A stretch of 24,476 nucleotides of DNA from a virus (taxonomy: Duplodnaviria; Caudoviricetes). The notes below the pieces were generated by a model. That model had not been told where the DNA came from. It worked only from the letters and a program-made list of their open reading frames with translations, and searched no databases. Location of the stretch: positions 1 to 24,476 of the IMG/VR virus record IMGVR_UViG_3300037722_000337; one strand, given 5' to 3'. Every line of letters begins with the position of its first letter. The first letter of the stretch is position 1. Shown one piece after another: positions 15,112 to 21,719 of the stretch. Both the position numbers and the translations under genes were made by a program.

Positions 15112-15818
15112 GTCTGTTCCATGCGCGCAGCCATCACCATCCGCACAAGGCGCCTGTTTTGCTTTTCCCGAGCGGCAGCCCGAGCGGCATCCCGAGCGGC
15201 ATCCCGAGCGGCATTCCAAGCGGCATTCCAAGCGGCATCCCGAGCGGCAGCCCGAGCGGCATCCCGAGCGGCATTCCAAGCGGCATTCCAAGCGGCAGCC
15301 CGAGCGGCATCCCGAGCGGCATCCCGAGCGGCATTCCAAGCGGCATCCCGAGCGGCAGCCCGAGCGGCAGCCCGAGCGGCAGCGGCAGCCAGAGCGGCAG
15401 CCCGAGCGGCAGCGGCAGCCAGAGCGGCAGCCCGAGCGGCAGCCCGAGCGGCAGTCCGTAGTTCTTCTTTGCCGGTTTTGAGATATTCCACTACGACGGC
15501 CGGCGCATCCCAAAAGTGGATCACGTCAAGCGTACATTGCCGTGCGAACTTGCGCAAGATCGATTCTGCGTCGATACGCCATAAGATCGTACGCTCTGTT
15601 GCGACCAGCTTATCATCACCCCTGACAATTTGCCCTCCAATCTCGACGCGGCAAATCGTATGACCGGGCGCGTACTGCAAAGCGTCAAGCAATCTGACGC
15701 TCGCGTGCAAGCCTTGTTTGCATAAGATCGGTTTACCATCGAAAGCCAGCTTCACACCATCCGTGGGAACGGGACGGCCATCACGTAACTTATTGGAAAC
15801 AAAATGCCATGCTTTCAT
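15108..15818 (-). CDS. Phage protein with GLHAS domain and Ala-rich AAR/AAW tandem repeats
   Basis: AAAGGAG RBS; ILCKQGLHAS...DALQYAPG...DDKLVA; the C-terminal half is (AARD/AARA/AAWN)n. Confidence 0.85.
   Translation of the reverse strand: MKAWHFVSNKLRDGRPVPTDGVKLAFDGKPILCKQGLHASVRLLDALQYAPGHTICRVEIGGQIVRGDDKLVATERTILWRIDAESILRKFARQCTLDVIHFWDAPAVVVEYLKTGKEELRTAARAAARAAALAAAAARAAALAAAAARAAARAAARDAAWNAARDAARDAARAAAWNAAWNAARDAARAAARDAAWNAAWNAARDAARDAARAAAREKQNRRLVRMVMAARMEQT
15167..15454. repeat. Coding minisatellite, 12-bp unit, 288 bp
   Basis: Variants CCCGAGCGGCAG, CCCGAGCGGCAT and TCCAAGCGGCAT, plus two 6-bp extensions. Confidence 0.95.
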
Positions 15819-16003
15819 GATACGATTTCTCCTTTGCTCATACTCGTTAAGTCACGCCGCACGGTATCAGCCGACAGGCAAAACAAATCCGCCACCAGCG
15901 CGGCCGGCGCCGGCAGCTCCTGCGCTGGATTGGCCAGCCACTCGCAATCGGTATTGCGGGCGATCCAGCGCAGAGCGAAGCGGTAGTTATCAGGTTTCAA
16001 CAT
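15815..16003 (-). CDS. Small protein with HTH-like segment
   Basis: 62 aa; LVADLFCLSADTVRRDL resembles a DeoR-type helix-turn-helix. Confidence 0.6.
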   Translation of the reverse strand: MLKPDNYRFALRWIARNTDCEWLANPAQELPAPAALVADLFCLSADTVRRDLTSMSKGEIVS

Positions 16004-16193
16004 AGCCCGACACTTCCACGCCGCATTGTGTGCCTATCACGTCAACGAACGTTGCTCGTCTAGGTGTGCTCTTGCTTGTCGCCTGGAACCGTTCGACCTT
16101 GCGCACGGTAGCGCGGCCGGTGTCGAGCATATCGCGTGGCGTGGCAATCGTGCCGTCACCCCAGCGCACGAGCTGATTCATTTTGACTCGCAT
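15990..16193 (-). CDS. Hypothetical early protein
   Basis: 67 aa; GGAG RBS; overlaps its neighbours. Confidence 0.65.
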   Translation of the reverse strand: MRVKMNQLVRWGDGTIATPRDMLDTGRATVRKVERFQATSKSTPRRATFVDVIGTQCGVEVSGYVET

Positions 16194-16369
16194 TGCTCGG
16201 ACTCCAGCTTGAGCATTGCGCGAATGAATATCTCGTCAATCAATGCTGCGTCGAAAACCTTGTCGCCCGTAGCGGCGGGGCATTTGAACGAATAGACGAT
16301 ACCGCCGTAGACCGCATACGGCACTAGGCCGTAAGGCTGGATCATATCTGGAGTGTATTTCACGCCCAT
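16178..16369 (-). CDS. Hypothetical early protein
   Basis: 63 aa; fills the gene chain with short overlaps. Confidence 0.55.
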   Translation of the reverse strand: MGVKYTPDMIQPYGLVPYAVYGGIVYSFKCPAATGDKVFDAALIDEIFIRAMLKLESEQCESK

Positions 16370-16557
16370 AACTCCGCTTGCTGTTTCCTGACCTTGGCCA
16401 TGCGCCAGTAGTCTCCCGACACACCATCGTCACGGCCGTTGAGGTATTCTACGATCTGTTCGCCGCTCATGTGCGGGTAGCGTTGCTGCGCCTCGCGCGG
16501 CGTAGCATGCTTGCGCTCGATCGCGCCATCATTCCATCCAAGCTCAAAAGGTGTCAT
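16360..16557 (-). CDS. Hypothetical early protein
   Basis: 65 aa; preceded by GGAGTAACGCAA; FELGWNDG and YLNGRDDG internal similarity. Confidence 0.75.
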   Translation of the reverse strand: MTPFELGWNDGAIERKHATPREAQQRYPHMSGEQIVEYLNGRDDGVSGDYWRMAKVRKQQAELWA

Positions 16558-16804
16558 TTGCGTTACTCCCGTTCATAATCGCGTCGATTTCTTCCTGCGG
16601 CACAACAAGAGCCGGATATCCGCCGTTATCACGGACCCACATGTTGACGTGCTTTGACGTAGTGACGCTGTACCGCTTACCACTACGTAACCATCCGCGA
16701 CCTGGCACGAATGCCGCAACCGGAGTTTCGTAGCTTACGAGCACGCAACGGCCATCCGAGAATTGTATTTCCGTTTTGTTAGCGCCAAGTGATTTGACCT
16801 TCAT
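16544..16804 (-). CDS. Conserved-looking early phage protein (SYETPVA...YSVTTSKH)
   Basis: 86 aa; preceded by GGAGTAACGCAA; motif familiar from small phage early proteins. Confidence 0.85.
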   Translation of the reverse strand: MKVKSLGANKTEIQFSDGRCVLVSYETPVAAFVPGRGWLRSGKRYSVTTSKHVNMWVRDNGGYPALVVPQEEIDAIMNGSNANDTF

Positions 16805-16809
16805 TTGCG

Positions 16810-17001
16810 TTACTCCCTTTCAAATCCGTCGAACCAATCACCCATCTTGCGCGTGCGCGCCCGTGCGGCTGCACTGGTCGCGGTCCTGCTAGACGTCTCA
16901 GGATTACCGCAATGCGCCTTGGCTTCCCCCAAGGTCATGCCAGTATCGATCGTGCGCCGACCGCCGCGAAAGTACATTCGGACGATTTTGTAGGTGTCCA
17001 T
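16810..17001 (-). CDS. Conserved-looking early phage protein
   Basis: Start ATG 17001 after GGAGTGCACGCAA; YKIVRMYF...TGMTLGEAKAHCGNPETSS...WFDGF. Confidence 0.8.
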   Translation of the reverse strand: MDTYKIVRMYFRGGRRTIDTGMTLGEAKAHCGNPETSSRTATSAAARARTRKMGDWFDGFERE

Positions 17002-17014
17002 TTGCGTGCACTCC

Positions 17015-17437
17015 TTATCCCAGGTAAAGCAATCCATCATCGCCACGGCACAAGTACCGCTCACTGTATTTGCAAGCGGCGTGCAGTTTGTCACCTACAT
17101 CGCCGAGGCCGCGATCCCAGAAGCCAACACCGTGGCCATTACGAGAGAACCAATAGTCTCGACCAGCTTGGATAGGCTCATATGCGCTACCGTTTTCCAA
17201 GCCCGCGTAGAATGCATCGTCGAGTAGTTCTTCGTGCGATTTCTGCCACGCCACGCAATCTTCGGCGATGCGCGCCAGCTCGCCCGGCGCAAACTCCGCT
17301 ACGGTAGCGTGCTCTAATTCCTCATCATCGCCCGTTCCCGTATCTGTAAAGAACATGGCTTCGATGTAGCCTTGCGTGAAATCATCCAGCGCAGCGAATC
17401 GCTCGCATCCGCCAGTATCAAGAATGAACTCAGGCAT
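17015..17437 (-). CDS. Acidic early phage protein (RNGHGxGFWDR motif)
   Basis: 140 aa; preceded by GGAGTAACGCAA; AGRDYWFSRNGHGVGFWDRG. Confidence 0.85.
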   Translation of the reverse strand: MPEFILDTGGCERFAALDDFTQGYIEAMFFTDTGTGDDEELEHATVAEFAPGELARIAEDCVAWQKSHEELLDDAFYAGLENGSAYEPIQAGRDYWFSRNGHGVGFWDRGLGDVGDKLHAACKYSERYLCRGDDGLLYLG

Positions 17438-17442
17438 TTGCG

Positions 17443-17736
17443 TTACTCCTGTTCTGGGAAATACTCGTCAAGGCAAGGGAAACTCTCGCCTTCGTGCGCT
17501 CTGACATGCTCGATCGCAGCCTCTATCATGTCTATTGCGTATCTGTGCTCGCAATCGACTGTACCATCCGTGGCGCCGCACTCGCACGGTACGAAACCCA
17601 TACGCGACGCTACGCTAGGCCAGTCCCAATCGGTTTGGATTAGGATGGAGTCGCTATCGTCGCGCGGGTTTCCGCCATCTTTCACGATCAGGAACGCGCA
17701 CGGTGCATAGTTTTGATCGAAGTGGACGTATGCCAT
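17443..17736 (-). CDS. Acidic early protein with Cys/His cluster
   Basis: Start ATG 17736 after GGGAG; QTDWDWPSVAS.MG..PCECGATDGTVDCEH. Confidence 0.8.
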   Translation of the reverse strand: MAYVHFDQNYAPCAFLIVKDGGNPRDDSDSILIQTDWDWPSVASRMGFVPCECGATDGTVDCEHRYAIDMIEAAIEHVRAHEGESFPCLDEYFPEQE

Positions 17737-17776
17737 GTTAAGCTCCCTAAGGTTGAGTAGTCGCCAGTCACGTAGA

Positions 17777-17998
17777 TCACCACTTCTCATGCGTGGGCGC
17801 GTGTCCGGTGCAGATAGCTCGCGCCATGAGCGCACCCATATGAAGCCCGTAGACTTCGGCTAGCGTACCGGATGACCGAAGAACCGGCGCCTCAGTGCGG
17901 CCCGTACATCCCCGATGATCAACCCACTCGACGTAAGCTGTGTGCTGTCCGTTGTCTCGATAACGGCATGTGTAAGCTTTAGTGATATGCGCAATCAT
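17777..17998 (-). CDS. Hypothetical early protein
   Basis: Start ATG 17998 after GGAGTAACACAA (MIAHITKAY...). Confidence 0.75.
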   Translation of the reverse strand: MIAHITKAYTCRYRDNGQHTAYVEWVDHRGCTGRTEAPVLRSSGTLAEVYGLHMGALMARAICTGHAPTHEKW

Positions 17999-18014
17999 TT
18001 GTGTTACTCCTGTT

Positions 18015-18227
18015 TCATGCCAACTCGAAAGAATCCATGGCCGAGTCATAATAGCCGTACGTTGACCCCGGAATTGACGCTTTGACGCGCCAATGATTTC
18101 CGCATACATAAACATTTTCGACCATAAGCGGGCCGGATCGTGCGCGGGCAACATATCTATTGCTGCACGCGTCAAAGACGCTATCCGCGGCTTTCAAGTA
18201 AACTGTGTCGCCCACTTTGAACGCCAT
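18015..18227 (-). CDS. Small beta-rich (KOW/SH3-like) protein
   Basis: MAFKVGDTVYLK...SGPLMV; GGGAG RBS. Confidence 0.75.
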   Translation of the reverse strand: MAFKVGDTVYLKAADSVFDACSNRYVARARSGPLMVENVYVCGNHWRVKASIPGSTYGYYDSAMDSFELA

Positions 18228-18257
18228 TTCCCGTACTCCCGTGCTAGCTGCGTTTAG

Positions 18258-18743
18258 TTAGACAACGCTCCATATCTCGACAAACTCGCCACCCTCCACA
18301 TACCCGTAGCTCACGTTGCCATGATCCGTGACCACGGCAATTGAGCCTTCCCAAGGTGTTTCCGGCGCATGGCTTAAGTCAGCGACGATAACCACGCAGT
18401 CATCCTCCATCATCTGCTGCCAGTCTTCGTGCAGCCAGAATCCAAAATCCGCGCCATCGCTCGGATGCGCACCGAAGTAGAAGTAGTCGGGCGCAAACTC
18501 GGTAAGCGCGTCGAGAAGGTCTCCAACGATTACTGAATCATTGTCTGTATCGACCGCGCGCGCCTCATCGATCAAATTACGGTGCGCGTCGCTGTCACAA
18601 CCCATGTAGATAACATCCGGCTGTGCATCCGCCGGCCGTGGGTTTTCGTCGCAAATCATTTCAAGCAAGTCAGCGAATGCGGGCAGCAAATCCTCGCTCC
18701 GCAGTGTTCCGCTCGACACGCTTCCGATATGTTTGAATGTCAT
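18258..18743 (-). CDS. Highly acidic early phage protein
   Basis: 161 aa; GSVSSGTLRSEDLLPAF...APDYFYFGAHPSDGADFGFW; GGGAG RBS. Confidence 0.85.
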   Translation of the reverse strand: MTFKHIGSVSSGTLRSEDLLPAFADLLEMICDENPRPADAQPDVIYMGCDSDAHRNLIDEARAVDTDNDSVIVGDLLDALTEFAPDYFYFGAHPSDGADFGFWLHEDWQQMMEDDCVVIVADLSHAPETPWEGSIAVVTDHGNVSYGYVEGGEFVEIWSVV

Positions 18744-18772
18744 TTATGTAACTCCCGTGTTAGCTGTTGCTC

Positions 18773-18976
18773 TTACTCAAACTCGTGGTGGAACGCCTCT
18801 TCCCAAGTCTCGTATTCGAGAGAGATTTCCAAGCGCTCCATTTTCGCCGACTCGGAATAAGGGAAAGCGCGAGACAATTCTGTAATGCTCGTGCGCTTAT
18901 GCTTGCTCGTGTCGAGCACTAGACCGGCCGTATTGCCGTTGTTCTTCGACGTGAAGCGATATTTGACGAATGCCAT
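18773..18976 (-). CDS. Hypothetical early protein
   Basis: Start ATG 18976 after GGGAGCTACGCAA (MAFVKYRF...). Confidence 0.75.
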   Translation of the reverse strand: MAFVKYRFTSKNNGNTAGLVLDTSKHKRTSITELSRAFPYSESAKMERLEISLEYETWEEAFHHEFE

Positions 18977-18992
18977 TTGCGTAGCTCCCGTG

Positions 18993-19154
18993 TTAGCTGT
19001 TGTTCCAGCGATTGAGCGCTTGGCAACACCAATCGGCATAATCACGCGACCGGCAATCGTACCGGACTTCGCGCGTTTCGCGATGGATCACGTTATACCC
19101 GACCACGGCGCCGCTCATGTGCCGGACCGGCTCGACCTTGTATGCTTGGCTCAT
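18993..19154 (-). CDS. 53-aa hypothetical early protein
   Basis: Not in track; MSQAYKVEPVRHMSGAVVGYNVIHRETREVRYDCRSRDYADWCCQALNRWNNS; GAGGGAG RBS. Confidence 0.7.
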   Translation of the reverse strand: MSQAYKVEPVRHMSGAVVGYNVIHRETREVRYDCRSRDYADWCCQALNRWNNS

Positions 19155-19155
19155 A

Positions 19156-19323
19156 TCAGACTCCCTCGATTTTCGCGATTTGCGCGTCAGTCATCTTGGC
19201 CAAGCGCTTGAGCACGTCGCGAGCTTGTTCTTTCGTCATGCCACCCATAATCAGGGCGCCAGCGTCAGACATGCGCAACGTTGCTTTGGCAATCTTGATT
19301 TGGTGTTTATTGAAAACGTTCAT
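19156..19323 (-). CDS. 55-aa first gene of the early operon
   Basis: Not in track; MNVFNKHQIKIAKATLRMSDAGALIMGGMTKEQARDVLKRLAKMTDAQIAKIEGV; GAGGGAG RBS. Confidence 0.75.
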   Translation of the reverse strand: MNVFNKHQIKIAKATLRMSDAGALIMGGMTKEQARDVLKRLAKMTDAQIAKIEGV

Positions 19324-19353
19324 TTGAAACTCCCTCGTTTCAAGCTGTCACGC

Positions 19354-19383
19354 TTTATCGCATAAATCCGTTTCCCAGGTCAA
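19354..19383 (-). promoter_or_regulatory. Putative early promoter
   Basis: TTGACC-N18-GATAAA with TGn before the -10; a GTTATACCAC half-site abuts the -35. Confidence 0.55.
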
Positions 19384-19399
19384 GTGGTATAACGGTTAT

Positions 19400-20021
19400 A
19401 TTAGCAACTTTTTTATCGCGTGGGGCCAAGGTGTTGCGCGGCATGTCAATGCTTTAGCATATTTCTCTTCCGCGGCGCCACGATAATATAGCTTTTTATT
19501 CCTATATTGGCTATCTAGCGGTTGATAGTCGCCTAAAGTCTGCAACCCGGTTGTCTATGCTTATATTCCTAACGGCATTTATCTAATGATTACAGTGTTC
19601 TACAGTTGCTGATAGGCCAGTTAGCAACTTTTATTCCTATTTATGTTGTAGTGCAACACTTTTAGGAATTTGATCCGCGAAATATATCATTGGTATTGCA
19701 CGTGTAATTGGCTGTTCCAATGGGTTATAGCGAGAAGCAAAGCGCGAGTTTTGAGTTGCTGGCGGTTGCTAGATTCGGTTTTAGCAACGAGCAATTTGAC
19801 GTGTTGCAGCCGTTGATAGATATCAGGCGCCGCGGTCGAGCGGCGTTAGCAACTTCCGGGTTATGTGCTTGTAAAGGCGCTTGTATTTGGTGTTGCTAGG
19901 CTAGCAAGCGTGCTTTTCAAAATGGTATTGTTATACCACAAATCCCATACTGCAATACCACACCCTCCCTTAGGCATATATCTTCTTACGAATATATGCC
20001 GTAGGGAGTGAGTGGGTTGCA
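19400..20021. other. Putative replication origin (AT-rich, TAGCAAC repeats, long hairpin)
   Basis: Six exact TAGCAAC/GTTGCTA copies in this span, four ATTCCTA copies, and an inverted repeat at 19951-20021. Confidence 0.5.
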
Positions 20022-20279
20022 AGGGCAAGCAGGCAAAGAATCGTGGGAAGAACTTGTCCCGTGGCCTATACCAAAGCTACTGCCGCGCGCCGCCGTAAGC
20101 GCCAGGTAACCGGGGCGCCGCGATCGATAACGCTACCCGTATTGCGCTGTGTCCATTTGATAACGCCAGATGTATCGAACCGCCGCCTATGCGCAGTTAT
20201 GCGGTCATACGCGCAGCTACGCGGCGGGATAACGTGCTGCCGTCGCGCATGCGCGCAACGGGGCGCTAGTGCGGTTGCT

Positions 20280-20660
20280 AGCGCTCGTAAGCCACTGATG
20301 CATATGAGATAGCGTTGCGTATCAATAGCTTAGCGTACATTGGGTTCTGTTGCGCGCAAGCGTGACTGTAGCCTGGCAACGCGCACTGTTACGCGCATAA
20401 GCGTGACAGCGGTGGATACGCTAATGATTTCATGGGCTTGCGTATGGGTAGGGCCGGCGGAAGCGACTTCTGGGGTACCCCGGCGTCGTCCGTGGTTGCC
20501 CACTCCTAGATGGGAGGGTCCTCACAAACGACTTCCTAGAAAATATTAAGAATCGTTCGCAACACGGGGAAAGCCATATCTGAACTATAGCTTCACACCC
20601 GTCCAACAAACGCTCCCCCTAAAAAAAAACCAAACCCATACGACCAAAAACCGGGGAATT
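20280..20660. other. Putative packaging initiation / genome-end region
   Basis: Non-coding DNA upstream of terS with an IHF consensus (20320-20332), the palindrome GGGGTACCCC (20472-20481) and an A/C-skewed tract. Confidence 0.35.
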
Positions 20661-20667
20661 TAAACGC

Positions 20668-20697
20668 TTGCCCTCCTGCTGTTATACCGCTTATAAT
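20668..20697 (+). promoter_or_regulatory. Sigma70-type promoter for the packaging operon, with 17-bp site
   Basis: TTGCCC-N18-TATAAT; contains GTTATACCGCTTATAAT (20681-20697). Confidence 0.7.
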
Positions 20698-20703
20698 TTA
20701 CGA

Positions 20704-20904
20704 ATGATGGACGATCGATGGGATGACGAATACGACCGACACCGGACCGAGCAGAGAAGCCTTCGGAAGCTTCGGTACGGCACTCGTAATTTCTCCCGTC
20801 GCACCGGTAAGCCCGAAGACTACGACCCTGGCCTCCACCTTCGTTGGCCGGAGGCGAAGAAAGTAGAAGCCGAGGACTATGAAGACGCGAATGAACACCA
20901 GTGA
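20704..20904 (+). CDS. Small charged protein, probably leaderless
   Basis: MMDDRWDDEYDRH...; ATG begins 7 nt after the end of TATAAT; no SD; overlaps the terS start. Confidence 0.6.
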   Translation: MMDDRWDDEYDRHRTEQRSLRKLRYGTRNFSRRTGKPEDYDPGLHLRWPEAKKVEAEDYEDANEHQ

Positions 20905-21487
20905 CGTAGCGCCGGGCCAGGTCATCCCGCGCGCGCACATGCTCGTGATCGATGAGTACATGAAGGACTGCAACCAGCGCCAGGCGATGCTGCGCGCCGG
21001 CTATTCCGACACTGCGGCTAGCAGCCGCCGCTCTCGGCATACGATCTTCGGCAACCCGGCTGTGCAACAGGAAATCGCGCGCCGCCAGAACGTGACGGCA
21101 GAGAAAGCCGGCGTCGAGAAAGACGACCTCGTGGCCAAGCTCAAGGAGATCGCGTTCGGGGAGCTGGGGAAGTTCATTCAGATCGACCACGAGGGCTTGC
21201 TGCGCTGGAACTTCAAGGGCGCGACCGAGCACGAGCTGAACCGCATCGACATGCTGGCCGTCGAAACTTACGTCGAGGGCCGCGGCGAGAACGCGCAAAC
21301 GGTCAAGAAATTCAAGATTACGAAGAAGGACCAGCTTCGCGCAATCGACATGCTCAACCGCATGCTGGGCTTCTACGACGAGAGCCTGACGCTAAAGGGC
21401 GAGCTGACGCTGGTCGAGCGCCTGCAAGCCGGCCGCAACAGGATCAAGCAGCCGGTGATCGAAGCGCAGGTGGTCGATGCCAACTGA
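20879..21487 (+). CDS. terS: Terminase small subunit
   Basis: EYMKDCNQRQAMLRAGYS...NPAVQQEI...LKEIAF...DQLRAIDMLNRMLG, a Terminase_2-like pattern upstream of terL; alternative start at 20891. Confidence 0.9.
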   Translation: MKTRMNTSDVAPGQVIPRAHMLVIDEYMKDCNQRQAMLRAGYSDTAASSRRSRHTIFGNPAVQQEIARRQNVTAEKAGVEKDDLVAKLKEIAFGELGKFIQIDHEGLLRWNFKGATEHELNRIDMLAVETYVEGRGENAQTVKKFKITKKDQLRAIDMLNRMLGFYDESLTLKGELTLVERLQAGRNRIKQPVIEAQVVDAN

Positions 21488-21716
21488 ACCGATCCTAATC
21501 AACGACATGAGCGAGCTGACGGACACGGACGTGAAACTGCTGCAATCGTACGAAGGCGACGGCTCCGACTTCATACCGATCGAGCACACTAGCCGCGGTG
21601 TCGTCTTCAACTTCACGCAAGGCCAGCTCAATGCGATCGCGTTGCTTGGCCGGTACGCGCTGACACCCGGCGCCGCCTACAGGCTCTCTCAAGACCTACG
21701 CAACAGAGGTAACTGA
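21477..21716 (+). CDS. Hypothetical protein
   Basis: 79 aa; overlaps the terS stop; AGGTGG upstream. Confidence 0.7.
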   Translation: MPTEPILINDMSELTDTDVKLLQSYEGDGSDFIPIEHTSRGVVFNFTQGQLNAIALLGRYALTPGAAYRLSQDLRNRGN

Positions 21717-21719
21717 TGG

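Larger units (their letters stand above)
16555..19002 (-). repeat. Dispersed start-associated sequence GGAGTAACGCAAATG and CAGCTA(A/G)CACGGGAG
   Basis: Exact 15-mer at 16555-16569, 16802-16816 and 17435-17449; one mismatch at 17996-18010; longer variant before the starts at 18227, 18743 and 18976. Confidence 0.85.

Noticed and set aside
14806-15663. Alternative-frame ORFs across the minisatellite (SGCR, MPLG, PERH, PSGI and AASR repeats)
   Set aside because: The 12-bp unit has no stop codon in any frame, so all frames stay open. Only 15108-15818 has an RBS, coupling and a globular domain.
16555-19002. CRISPR array or integron attC interpretation of the dispersed repeats
   Set aside because: The repeats are 15-18 bp, non-palindromic, contain SD and ATG, and are separated by whole genes; no integrase or attC-like stems are visible.
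19092-19099. GTTATACC core inside gene 19154-18993
   Set aside because: Lies in coding sequence (GYN), lacks the second arm and has no -35.
19708-20549. Three short + strand ORFs in the central region
   Set aside because: Weak TTG/GTG starts, no SD, composition unlike the real genes, and they overlap repeats and hairpins.
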